NCBI GenBank assembly: GCA_910592345.1
Contig: CAJVPI010000384.1
Location: forward strand, 1 to 32,116
Direction: 5' to 3'
DNA length: 32,116 bases
Source: Paraglomus brasilianum
Taxonomy: Eukaryota
Part shown: in pieces, positions 9,667 through 23,259 of the stretch
Layout: each line of letters starts with the position of its first letter
Position numbering within the stretch: the first letter of the stretch is position 1
The notes under the pieces: generated by a model
What the model saw: only the letters and a program-made list of their open reading frames with translations
Told to the model about the DNA's origin: nothing
Database searches by the model: none
Translations under genes and position numbers: made by a program

Positions 9667-12600
9667 TTAACGCTGCTGCAAAGAATTGCGTAATTCCCTG
9701 GCAGGGTCTGCGATTGTTGGGAGAGAATCTTGCGAGGCCAGAGAAAGTGTCTCGAGAATGTTGGCTTTCACATTCGGATTGCTTATTAGAATGTTTGTTT
9801 CTGAATATACAAATTACAAGTTAGGCGGTCGAGGAAGATGATAACTTTAGAAACATCTGCCTTGTTACAACAAACCTTGCATTTTCTCAATAAACTTCTT
9901 CAATGTGTTATAGCTTGCACTACGTATAGCAACATATCTTGTATCTTTGAGACCTTCTCGAAGACCACCAAGCATTTTCAATGTTATTTCCTCATCCATG
10001 ATGTCATTCCACGTAAATGACATGTCATCGATTCCATCACCTGTGCTTGCAAATTTTAGCTTGTCCAGAAACTGTTCGACTGCCTCCAGAATGCACAGGC
10101 GAACGTTCCAGACATTCTTTTCTGGCAGTAAAGAGTCAGCGAGGACCGTAGCAAGCTCTTTTGAATGTTTTACTAACCGAATAATGAGATTGGCAAACAA
10201 GTGAGTACATCAACACTAGGTGGTAAGAGCAAGCAACACGTTCAGACATACCTTGGATAAGTTTCTGTTTTGGCCAGACTAGGCCTAACGTCTTGATAGC
10301 ACTTGCCTTGACTAGGAAAAATAAAGGACGATCGTTTGCATTATCCTCAGCCATTTCATCGGGATTCTGCTCAGACTTTGCAATTGCGATTAGGAAATCT
10401 TTGGCTTCAGAGTACAAGTCAATCTTGTCACTAAAAGCCGAGCCAAACTTCCCGAGATTTTCAATAGCTTTTCGTTTATACTGACGATCGTTTTTCTTTG
10501 ACTCGCGTATAAGAATCTGCAAATATAGGGATATCCAAGCATTAGCATGACCTGCATAAAAAGGCAAACTTTGCTTTTACATTAATCTACCTTTCCGATG
10601 GCCTCTAGCTCTTGTGCTCCTCCTTCATTATCAAAATATGGTTTACAAGATATTGACAACATTGCCAGGGCTTCAACGAGTGCTTCTTTTCCCGCCCACG
10701 TTCTCCCTGACAACCCATTTGTAAGCAAAGGCAAAAGCTGGTCCATATAAGGCCGTAAGCCGTTTTCTGCAAAATATATAGATTCTTAGAATTCAATGAC
10801 TTTTGTTAAATCAGTGCATTTAATCATGTCTAACTAACCTAACGTCTTTGCAATATTTCCAATTGTCATTCCGGCTTGCTTCTTGAAAACCCACGAGGGT
10901 GATCCGAGTAGCGGTATCAGAAATTCAACCATTTCTTTGAGATACAGCTTAATTGCCGCCGTTGAACCTGTGCAATTTATTGATTATGAAACTGATAGTA
11001 AATTATTGCAGTTGCCATACAATATATTCCTTACCGGCAGTGTTTTCTTCCCATACTTCAGTCCAGACTTTGCTAATTCCCTTATCTTCGTCGCTCATAC
11101 CAAAATATGCCAAAGGCAGGATCTCCACATAGATCCTCTTTAATTCATCTGACGCGTGCCTCGACATTTCAAGGACCGTAATACCCGAGATCGAACGTGG
11201 CTCGCTGTCACTCTCACAATATAACTTTTTGAGATGATCAATAAATTTGATCAAGGTACTGTCTGAAGACAAATGTGCCACATAACCAGCAGCTACGGCG
11301 TAAGACTTGCGAACAGCCGGTGACTTGTCAACGATTGCGCCGCTCAACACTTTCATCGTGCCATCAGCATACGGGCGAAACTCTTGCGGTCTTTTAATGC
11401 AAAGAGTTACCAAAAGCCGTGCACATCCAGCCTATTTGGAATACACAATTATCAGAAACAAACATAATTTCATAGGTTACGGGTCGTCAATAAGGAGAAC
11501 AAACCTTTGTAGGAAGCCCAACACCTTTTCGCACAAGTTGAAGAAGTCTAGGAACCAAGGATTCCATGACAGTGTCATCAGTGTAATCCACGCAAAATTC
11601 AATCCCTTTCATCATTGGCGACATTTTAGTAGCGGACAATCGTGAATTTTCAAGCTAATGGCAAACAAAATAATGAACTGCAGTGAGTATCATGGTGTAA
11701 CTTGGTATAATACATCAACCTTTGCCAACCTGCTCACGCGATACGTCATACTTGTCAATGTGGAAACTCAGATAATCTATAAATACGGGAATTGTCTGTC
11801 AAGCACTGAATGAGAACATTACAATTTTTCATTGACGTTCTTACTTACTCATCAGCTGCGGTTCCATTCCAGATAATGCGTCCAGCAAGGTCCCAACAAT
11901 ATTTGTTATATGATTCTTGAGTAGAACACCGGCCCCCTCACATATCTTTAATATCGTATTAAGAGAGTGCTTACGGACATCTTCAGCCTCAGAGACCAAT
12001 CCCTTGTCCAGAAAAAAGGGCATTACAATTTTCATAACTTTCTCGCCATCAGCAACTGTCACTTGCTTAGGGTCACAGTATTTGACAGTCGCATTGGTAA
12101 GTACTCTGCAAGTTTTAAATGCTGCTTTCCGTACGCTTTCTTTGATATCATCTAATGCTCTGAAACACATGGTCCACAAATCCTGTAGATATGGTTCAAG
12201 TTGTTGAATCTGACGACCTTGCACAAGATCGGCAAGCGCGTTGGCACTGCATCCAATTTTATGAATTAGCAAAAGCTTTTTGGCATTCATAACAGTGCTA
12301 GTCATGTCATTACCCTACCTTGACTCTCTTGTTCTCCATATCCTATCACCAAGCCCTCGTAACAGATCTTTTATAATAATATCGAAATACTCCTCGACAG
12401 CTTTCTTTGGTTCTTTCACTAATGCCCTCCAGATACTCGTCATGGCCTCGTTGACCTTTGGGTTGGGATCGAACTGGAATCGATATAATCTCGGTACAAG
12501 ATCTTTCAAATATGGTTGCAATTCTCTCTCTGCTTGCGCAATGATTGTCGAAAATCCAAATGCTGCACCTCTTCTTGTCTGCCAGACCGCATTATGGCTT

Positions 12601-15600
12601 GCAAGTTGCATGAATTTATAGACCAACTCTGGTTGATTCATGTCGGAAGCTAATGAAAGGATTGATTGATATGTGGTAATCACAGAGCCATCGGGTGCCT
12701 GCCCTAGAGTATTGTTGTCGAATAGCAGCGTGTCACGATCAATCGTTTCCTTGGGCTTGTTTCCAGAACTTATCATTCCAACAAGAGACACGACTAGTTC
12801 ATCTCTCATAGCTTGATCACCGAGTTCATACACCAACCCAATGCCTTTAGATGCGACCTCCTGCGTGAACTCTATGTCCACGAACACATTCATTTTAGTT
12901 TCAAGTTCAAAAACAATTACGACAACAGATCGAATTCGACCCATATAGTTACCATCTCGATCAGCCAAAAGTGCAGAGAATATCGAATGTATTCGTGGGA
13001 GTTTTGTCTAATAGAATCAAATTTAGTTTCTATTTAAATGTTGCACATTTTGTTATTGTATCACGTCCTACCTTGACAGCATCATGTTTGGAACAGAACT
13101 TGACCAAACAAAGTATCCAAATGCAAATCGCTTTCCTAACAGCTGCTTTTCCTGATGGTAACAATTCATCGAAAATCTTACTGAAAAAGCTCTCTATCAC
13201 GTTCTGGTCTATAGTAACTTCGGGTATTTTCGCATCTGCAACATCCAAGTAAATTTCCATCGCTTGACTCTGCCAACCGGCCACAATACTTGCGATAGTT
13301 TCCCCAATGGTAAAATGTATTTCGACCTCTTTAGTAATAGATAAGGCCAAGTCATAGAATAAAGAAAGGACTTTATCGGGTTTGCTATTATATCCAAGGG
13401 TAATGTGACCCAGAGCAATAATTGCCGTCTCGCGAAGCTTGACGGAATAGACATATATATTAGAAAGAATTACAACCAATAATACATGCTAATGTCGACA
13501 TACCTTTATGTCCTTATTTTTCTTAACAATATTGGTTAAACTTTCGAGTATGTCATCAAATTCATAGTCGTCGGTTTTCTTGGATATTCCTTTACCTTTT
13601 ACATCTTTGGCATCTTCAGTTATCATTTGTGGCTCTCCAATTGGAAGTGGACCGTACCTCCCTGCCTCGCTTAACGATAAACATGCACCAGCTACAATAG
13701 ACGTCTTTTGAGATTGCAAGTCTTTAGCAATTAGGTTGACGGCGTCGGATAGAAGGCTGTTGGGAATCAAAGTCTTGTAATCGAGAGGATATCTATAAAT
13801 AATACGTCCAACTATATATCCGAGAGCGAGAATGCTTCCGTGATGACGTTCTGTTGAGACCTATTTGATCGGTTCTACGGTTAGCAGTGGTATAAAAACA
13901 TTATGAAAGCAAAGAAATCCATACCTCACGTGAAAAATCCTTTGCTATGGTAATAAGCTCTAATATTAATTGTTTCAAGGAAGTACATCTGGATTCATGG
14001 CAGTCCAGCTCACTAGTGCTTACGATGCCTAATATATGAGCCATATTAGCTCGAACCTCTAGTTTGACAACCCTCAAGAACGTCTGTGTTATTATTAGTA
14101 ATTGTTAGTATCAAGAAGTGTTCAAATCAGTAAAGTGAACGTATACATACAGTCAACCAAGTTAATTTGTTCTCGTAGGTTCTCGACAGTGAAGAAGGAC
14201 CTAAAGATATTAGTTCCAATAAGCAGGCCGATGCGGTTGTTTGTAATAGCGTATCTAGGAGAACACTGATTGATTAATTAAAGCTACCGTTAAATACGAA
14301 ATATGATAATGCATGCAACTGTGTATAACCTACCAATCGTTCCTTCGCTATCTAGTCCTTTCTCAATTAACCGTAAATATAGTCTCAAGCCGCTTTGTTG
14401 CGGCGTCTCATCTACGTTCATAATATCGTCATCATCTGTTTGTTGTTCCATCCATTGCTTCCGAATCCACTCTTTCACCGACGTCCTTATTCTCGAATCT
14501 GTTATCTTGTCCTCTCCATTAAATTCATCTCCCAATTGGCCAAGGATAGCGGTTGGATCTGCAGTCAAAATCAGGACACGTCTCAAGAAACGTAACATGT
14601 TCATGTAGACTTCGCTATCGTATGTCATGACGTATCTTTTTCCTGTAGAGCTTGTTTGTATTATGTTCAAATGTTGTTCTCGTCTTTCGTCCGCCTTTGC
14701 ATCAATAAAGCTCACAAGCTCATTAAAAGAAGGAAGCTGTAATTCCTCGTTGGTGTCATTTGGATAAAGCTTCGGTGAATGCAGATCTGGAAACGCAAGC
14801 CCGCTGGCTGCCATCTCGCGCACTTCAAGCTTGTCGTCTGTAGACGTTAGAAGGCATATATAACGAGAAAGGACATGTGAAAAGGGAAAAAGAACAACCG
14901 CGTATTTGACTGCGCAGTAACGAGACTGGTGTCCAATCTAAATTGTATTAAATTATTGCGTTTAGTTACTGCATGTTACTAGATAGTAGTATGCAATTAT
15001 ATATTAAGAAATAAGTAAACCTTGTTAATGTTTTCCTCAATTATTGTTTCAATAGTCCGAATATCCTTTTCGCTAGCCCATTTATCTGAATCTTTAAAGG
15101 CATCAACCATGGTTGAGAGAGCTTCTTGAATAGAGGCTCGGACACTTGGAGGTTCGGTCGACATCGCAGCAAAGAATGACGCAAGTATGGAAAGATCTTT
15201 ACGCACTAGTTCGGGTACTTTAATGATAAAAAGACAAGTTGAATCCGTAAATCATTGAGTCCGTAAATCATTTACAACAAAATAATTATTTATGCGATAT
15301 CCCTTTATACCTCTCTTAGCCAATAGACTCACAGCGATGTATGCAAAACCTTTTAGAGAATCTTTATCTACAAGAAGATAATAATTTAACAGACTATTCA
15401 TATTGAAAGTTAGACGATTTGATATTACCATTGTCGGCCAGCTTGATACATTTCAATAATCCGGATAACAGCACAGGCGCAACGGGTTTTAGTCGAGAGA
15501 TGTCCGCCTGCACAAGAACAGATTTGAGACTACTCATCAAGTTATAGCAGAACGCAGAATAAAGTAAAAGAGGAATGACAAACCATCCGAGCAACCCATT

Positions 15601-17543
15601 GAACAAAGGCCATTCCCTGATTTTGTAATTTTGCATTTGTTGCAGGCCCTATGGAACGCATTCATGAATTTAGAGAGCAATAAGTCAAGACAATGATAAC
15701 TAATTTGAGCTTGTCTGTAACAACCTGCCGTAATAATACAGCCTGCTCCACCACAGCCAAACATTCCACTAACCAAACAAACAATCAAACGATACTGCCA
15801 ACATTGCAGGAAAAGTGCTAGTTGCTAATCGAGACTTGCAGAGATAGCCCATTATTTTGTACTTTAGAGACGCTGATGCTGCCTCGCGTAGTGTCTCTTT
15901 CTGTGCTTGAACTGTTAACAATATTCAAAGTTGATCAATAGAAATAATTTACCCTATAAATACATAGATATCATTCTAATGAAATCAAGTCTCATACCTA
16001 ACGCGGCATTAGATGGCTTATTACTGCCTTGATAAAAAAAATACAGCTGATCGACGACCTTAAAATAGAAATTAAATTATAAATTGAACGAATCTTGTGT
16101 TCTTACAACTGAATAATAACAAAAATATTGTTACCATTTTACTCTCTAAATCAGGCTTGTTGATCTTCTTTAGTCCGTTCTCTCCGGCACCAACTATTTC
16201 ATGAGCCAGATCGCAACTTGCTGATAAAAAGAGCAAAAATTTGACAAGAAGAATAGTCTCGCCCAACGAATCCGGCATGATATTTTGAGAAGTAACAAAT
16301 TGCAGAATGCCAAGCTAGGAATAGCAATAAAATTCGCTCAGATACACAAAATATAATTTCTTAAATCGTCTTGTTATTGTAAACAGCTTACTTTAATAGG
16401 TTTGATGGTCGCGATTTCTGAAGCCCAAACTGCTTTCCCATCATTTGTGACAAATTTCACCGCTAGTTGACTTAAACCTGGTGGAACAGTTGTACTCTCC
16501 GGCACATCATTCGCCTGATCTTGTCTTGAGTTTGTCAATTCATATGAATATCAGTTCAGGTAAGCATGTTGCAAACATTTAAAACACATACTGCGTCCTT
16601 GATTGTGAAGATGGGCTGTATAATATTATGTCAAGAAATTTATCGAGAAGGAATTTGGCATCGGCTGGACGTTCTTTAAATCCGTATGGGTTAGTTGATT
16701 CAAGATGTTGCCGTTTTAATTTTGGTAGCACCTGAGCGAACGCAAAAAGAAATTAGCTTTGCCACTACTGTGTACTAACAGCATATTAAATATACTAACA
16801 GGTAACATTATGTGAATCAGAGTTTGTTTCTGCTGGGGTGTCCTGTTAGCAATTCCAGCAATCAACCTTGGCAAATTACTAATCATTTCCTAAGTCGATG
16901 TCAATTACATTAGTAAATCATCAGTTCAAACATCCCCACATTCTTATTAGATTAACAAACAATTGACTCGCTTTCCCTGGTTTGTCTATTACACAATTTA
17001 CCTCTTCAGTCAACCTCTGGAAAGCCATGTCTATGTATACAAGTGCAAGATTCTTAACAAACGGTGAGGAGGTAACATCGTTGGTACAGAATAAAGTCAT
17101 TAATGATTCTAGCGGAAGCTTGATGCTCTGTTTTGGGCGAATTCTCTTATTAAGATGGATTAAGATGCTCATAACCTGCAGACACCAAATAAGACATAAG
17201 TCATCTATAGCCGTTGGAAAATATAATACTTTTGATATCGATCACCAGACCTTCTCCCGTACTGACTCGTTTTGGCTTTCTAATTTTAATAGGACGGGGC
17301 CAAGAAAAATATCCAGGTTCTTTTCAAGCTGTTGATCAGTTTCGGCCAGTGCAAACCGTAGCTCAACATTATCGAGTAACTCTAATTGTACGATAATTAA
17401 ATAAAGAGTAGAATACATTCACATGGTTAATTAGACATACAAAACCGTGTTTCAAGTTAGATCGGATCATAATATATGATAGATCTCTTAATCATTCCTC
17501 CAGACGAATCTAAAGCTGATTTACCTATGTCTTTCTCGGACAT
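9667..17543 (-). CDS. ECM29: Proteasome adaptor/scaffold ECM29 (HEAT/ARM repeat protein), 29 exons by manual splicing
   Basis: N-terminus MSEKDIELLDNVELRFALAETDQQLEKNLDIFLAPVLLKL. Conserved blocks: LASDMNQPELVYKFMQLASHNAVWQTRRGAAFGF, LVPRLYRFQFDPNPKV, WRTRESSANALADL, RALDDIKESVRKAA, GVGLPTKAGCA, GRTWAGKEAL. All traced introns are GT-AG; stop TAA at 9669-9667. Confidence 0.95.
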
Positions 17544-18813
17544 TATGGTAGAAAATATTTATTTCTTCTTGTCATAAAAAAACCCAAATATATAATAAGC
17601 ATTTCGAATTGATCTTTGCGAAAAGTGCAAACAGTGTTACGTATTTAACGATGAAGATAGTAGTGTCCAACCTGTTATTTGTCCGGACAAGGAAACTGAG
17701 TTGAGCAACAAAAATTTCTGTGATCAAAAGTCGTGAAATCACGAGATATCATTTGTATTACCAAGAATTTCAGGGATCAATGAATTGTATTACAACATGT
17801 AGTCATTATCTAAACATCCTGAACGGACGGTTGATGAAATGGAAAAAATTACATGACACGTGATATACCTAAGATGAGAAAAGCTCAATGGTATTCGCAA
17901 CTTCCTTGGAAGGTTTTTGTGACAAATGATATCTACGTATTCCGATTTATAAAATATTATATGAAATTTGGTGTCAACAAGTCCGCGTGTATTTTTTTTT
18001 CTCCAAATAAAAAAAAAAGAGTATACAGTATGTGGGGAATGATTGATTATAAAAGTCAGTGACAACGTAACGATATCGGAGTCATTGTTATATCGGGGGT
18101 GGTCAACGACAGACTAAACCAGTACTAGCCTTTGTACGTGTGTTATTTTCGTGTTTTCCGCATATTTAAGTATTGTAATAAACTACTATAATCTGTGATC
18201 GGGAAACGACAATTGTTTGAATACTTAAAACCGCGTGTCGAGACAACAGGTTACTTAAAGTATGATGTAGAAAGACAATAATTGCATTGCTGCACAACCG
18301 TACAAAGTGCATCGACTCGTATAGTCAAAGAAAAGATGTACATTAGAGCCCATATCCGCCCAATTACATCAATTAGGCGTGTGGTTATTTCGGGATGATA
18401 ACCCACAGTTCACTAATTACATTGATGGCCAAACTTAGAGGGAAACAGGTATTAAATTGATAGAGTGATGTTATACGTTATCGGACTAGATGTAATGTAC
18501 AACATATCTATACTGCTGATTTTCGAGTATATGCTACGCCATTACAATTACGACAAACAATTGGCTTAGCAGTTAATTTTGGAACAGAAAGGATTGTCTT
18601 AGTCCGACTCCGAAGACTTGATTTATAGCACAAATACATAATAAGTTATTAGTATGGATCGTTTATTTAATTCCTGCAGATGGAAAATCATCCAAATGCT
18701 ATTGGACTTGAAAAAAAATCAATTGCATTTCTTGTCCAGCGTTGTATCACAGATTGTCGCCACATATAAGAGTATCTATCTCTTCTGATCGTCATTGCCA
18801 TAATTCTATTTAC

Positions 18814-21800
18814 ATGGGAGAAAGCTCGGATACCGCAATGAGTTCCAGCCTTACTACAGACACCGCTATACTGGCAAGCCCCAATTTTGGAATTAGCACT
18901 AATGAGACGAAGACCCTCTTTACGCCACGTACGTCAAATTGGATCGTCTTTCCTAGAATTATACACAGCCTGATACAGCAAGGGTACATTTCAGCAAATA
19001 AGCAAATAGAAAAACTTGTAGAGAACACACAACATCCAGAAAATCTTTACGCACTCAAATATGTTCTTGAACGCAGTGGTGACTCTATTTCCAAGACAGA
19101 TCTGATAACCGCATTAACGAACCTATATCCTAAAGAGACCATTAGGGTTTATACAGAAGAATCAACCATTGAATTAGAATGGAAACTGCGTATCATTTTG
19201 TCCATTTTGGAGCGAATGGTTCAGCGCCACTATCATTTTACCCATCAGTTTATTAATGAGATTAAAAAAGCTATTGCTATGTATAAAAAGATGAATAAGA
19301 AGATTACCCAGCTTGATGAAGAAGGCATAAAGAAAATTTGGAAACGTAATTGTGCAGAATTTAATGAGAATGATAGTAATGGTCAAGGATTCAAGTACAA
19401 CTATAACAACAATTTCCTTCTCAAAATTATTAAAAATACATTAAACAGTCTTTGCGATGAGAAAAATAAATTTCAAACAAATGAAAGCCGAGTTATCTCA
19501 GCCCTAAAGGGTTTACTTGTTTCCGTTCCTGGATTGGCCAAACTTGGAGTTAAATTAACAACAGGAATTGAACTTCCTCTTGGTGTTTTTGATTTAGAAA
19601 GATCATGGACATATCTTTCAGAAGCATGTTATATTGAGCCATCAGGCAAACCTTGGTATACAACTTGGCGAAGACTTATTATTTTACAAAACAGTCTTGA
19701 CAGCTGGTGCAAACAAAGAGAGTCGGGCATTTCAATGGACTTTAAAGAAAAATTACTTCTTGAATATCTTTGGTATCATGTTGGTTTATGCTACTCTAGC
19801 AATTCTAGAAACTCAAGCACTAGTGATATACTTTGGTATGGAATTTTGGACATTGTCCAAGAACTCGTTCAAAAAACCTATTCTATAACTGCTCAGGCCA
19901 TTTGTTATTACATGACATTAGATTCACTTGAAAATACAACCAAGGAGTTTATTCAATTTAAAGCAATTGAAGTTTTATTGTGTCTTGAAACCAGGAATAG
20001 TGAATTATTTGTTACAACACCTGATGATATTGCTGCTTGCAAGGAGGACCAGATACCAAAACTAGTGGGGATTTATTATTATCTAAAGGACAAAATAAAT
20101 GTTGAATTGAAGATGCTAAAGTATGATACCATGGAGGTGATTAATCCAAAGGGAAAAGGAAATGAAATAGGAAGTGATGACAAAGGGATAAAATCACCAA
20201 TAGACTATATTGCAGAAGATTTGACTTGCAAGATTACTTATGAAACAGTTAATGATTTATATCTACTCAACTGTCAACATTTCATCAGCTCCAAGGCCCT
20301 TTCAGCACTACAGAAACCGAAATGTCCTTATTGTAGAAAGGAAATTAATAAGGATAGAGTGTACTATTTACCACAGCAAACTATACACAAGAATGTTCAA
20401 CAATACATTATGGACAAAGAGGATCAAAGTATTGATGGTGGTGATATTATTAATGCATCAGATACAGAGACAATTGGTGAATATGAAAATCTTAAAAAAC
20501 CAAAAAAGAAAAAATTAACAAGAGGCTATAACCAAGATTTTAGATGGAATTCAATCTGGAAATCCTTGAGGGGACCACCAAAGGTTAAAAAATTGTTTGC
20601 AAAGGCGGAACAAGCTTATGATAGCCTTGATTTTGAGAATGCTTTAACATTTTACACAAAGATATTACAAAATGATCCCCATAACTATAGGGCATTATGT
20701 GGCCAAGCTTCTATGAAATTGAAGATGAAAAAGTTTAAAGAAGCTTTGTTTGATATTGAGGCAGCAATTGAAGTGGATAGTATTAATGAAAATGCCTGGA
20801 TTTTGAGTTTGGAAGTGCATATAAACCTCAATAAGAAGAAATTAGCTGCAGAAGATCTCAAGCATATTTTCAAAAGAAAGCAAAAGGCTTTTGATATAAT
20901 TAATGACTTTGTGACTGGACTTGACCATTTTGATGTTGGATGGTTTAAAATTCTTGTAGACAGTGATCCTACTGAAGCAATGCAAGAGTTGAATAATGTT
21001 GAACAATGGCAAGCATTAAGTCGGCATTTTGGAACAGACTGTTATATTCAATGGCTTGATGTTGCTAAAAATTGGTATAGTGAGTTCTGTAATGCCACCC
21101 ATCATAAAGAAACAGAAGCATTTTTTGAAAAAGTATATTATATACATAAAAGTAAGTCACCATTTAAAAGTTGCAATTTCATACTCAATACATACTAACT
21201 TGTTTTTATTTTTATCAGGTCATTTAATAGCGCATTTTGCTTTTGAAAGCCATATTCAAAATACTGATAATTGCCATGAATCAGCTTTGTATGTAATATT
21301 TAATAGTAATTTGTTCAAACAATTGATTTATTATTAATTTTTGTCATTTAACAGTGGAGACCCTCTTGTAATATATGGAAATAACAGCGTAAGATTATTG
21401 ATAATGAATACAATTGTTTGTCGTTTTAAAAAGTAATTAATATATTTCATATCAACAGTTGACAGTACCAATATTCCGAGTACCTCCAAATCAATACAGG
21501 CTCAGCATTTTGTTGGAAAAAGTTTATGGAATGGGAACACCGGTTAAACTATTGATTTCAGTAAAGGTAACATACGCGCTACTTGTGCTAGTGACACTCC
21601 TTATCACTCATATGTTTATACAATTTGAATGTTGAAATCTATAGCATTGTATTGCTGCAATAATACACCATCTGATCTTGCTTGAAATAATTTATTATTT
21701 AATACAGGTAAAAGGATCAACCGAGGAGACCCAGTACAATGTTGAAACGGATATAACAACTAAATACAATCCCGTTGAATATATCTTTCCATGTGAAATT

Positions 21801-22066
21801 GACATATTGTCAGAGCATGATATCACAATAGAATGTACTACGAATGGCTTTATGGTAATATTCATCTTACGTCATTGGTTATTTACAATCTGTTGGCGAG
21901 TCTAATGTTCGAAAATTTAATTTAGGATATAAACATATCTTTTTATTGGGTTCGTTTGTATTCAAACGAACAAGTAAAAACTCTTGAAGAAAGTCTAAAG
22001 ATAGAAACACTTCTATCTGACGTAAAACTGATCGATTGTGGACAGTTGGACAAGATATTTTATTAA
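18814..22066 (+). CDS. Lineage-specific multidomain protein: helical N-terminal region, degenerate RING/U-box, TPR repeats, C-terminal beta-sandwich (putative E3 ligase)
   Basis: Exons 18814-21151, 21219-21288, 21355-21388, 21459-21566, 21708-21854 and 21926-22066 splice in frame through GT-AG introns to a TAA at 22064-22066. RING/U-box-like: DLTCKITYETVNDLYLLNCQHFISSKAL...CPYCR (~20218-20340). TPR-like: KAEQAYDSLDFENALTFYTKILQNDPHNYRALCGQA...FKEALFDIEAAIEVDSINENAW (~20590-20830). Confidence 0.75.
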
Positions 22067-22440
22067 TATTTCCGTTACCAGAAGACAAAATTATGTTGGT
22101 TGCAAGTACAACGTGTAAGTTCGGTTTTATTCGTAGAAAATGGTATGCTTGACTAAACCTATTACAGTTACTATGTTATTGTTAATAAATTAATAATGTC
22201 AGACTTGTACTTAGACTGCCAACCGAATCAAATACTTATCCGATACTCTTTCATATGGAGGATAGTGGACAGACACCACTGATTACCCGACATTAATGAA
22301 GGCTGTCCATTTATAATAACACTTTTTCTTTATAGCATCAAGCTCTACCCCATCGTATGCATACTCCCTCTTCTTCATACCGAATATAAATGCAATATAA
22401 ACCAATAAAAACAAACAAAAAATAACGAGGAATATATATA

Positions 22441-22646
22441 CAGTATGTCGTATGTAAATCCCGTCACTATGTAAATCCCGTTTGGGGTCCCTAAAACCGC
22501 ATTTATACGTACGTATACATATTATGTAAATCCCGTCACTTGTGAATACCGTTTGGGGTCCCTAAAAACCGCATTTACACGTACGTATTATGTAAATCCC
22601 GTCGTTTACATAGTGACGGATTTACATACAACATATTAATATACTG
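22441..22646. mobile_element. Tc1/mariner-type MITE (206 bp) with internal tandem duplication
   Basis: TA|CAGTATGTCGTATGTAAATCCCGTCACTATGTAAA ... TTTACATAGTGACGGATTTACATACAACATATTAATATACTG|TA, inserted in a (TA)n run. CAGT/ACTG ends with TA flanks match Tc1/mariner. A ~70-bp internal unit containing GTTTGGGGTCCCTAAAACCGCATTTA occurs twice. Confidence 0.8.
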
Positions 22647-23259
22647 TATATATAAAAACCGCCATTACCGTGAGCTGCCCGATTGAACGCTGTCTAGACC
22701 GTATTTCGCCTTTGACAATTCAAACCCGTCTGGCCCACACCATGGCTCGCCTTTACTCATTCGTGCTGGAATACAGAAATGATGATGCAATATACACGGG
22801 ATAAACAATCATAATCTTGCATGTTATTAAGAACGTGCTTGAGTATAAATTATTTCTATTGGTTATCATTTTATTACCTTTTTGTTATGAATCTATTCGA
22901 AATTTTCGAATTATTCATCATCGACTTCCCGCACCTACTTTCGTAGTCCCAATTTTAATTTTTTCCACAATATATTTTATAATGAATAAACCTAAATACG
23001 CCTTAAACTAATCAAGTCAGTTCGATCAGGTGTCCCCAAAAATACCGGCTCAAATTTCTCACCTCATCACATTAGCATGAAAACATTTGTTGAACGCTTG
23101 CGACCATGTTACAATCATTTGATAAGGTCTACCGAAAATCCCCAATATGTTATTATACATTATTAAAGCGGAAATACGTCTTCTAAACTACATTACACAC
23201 CTAATAAGGGAGACTACTATCATGCAACCCATCATTTTCTCAAATAATAACAGTGCTCC

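Noticed and set aside
15239..15272. 16-bp tandem duplication (TTGARTCCGTAAATCA x2) in an ECM29 intron
   Set aside because: Ordinary slippage duplication with no evident function.
22441..22646. CRISPR-like repeat array
   Set aside because: The intervening sequences are themselves duplicated rather than unique spacers, the ends are inverted repeats, the context is eukaryotic, and there are no cas genes.
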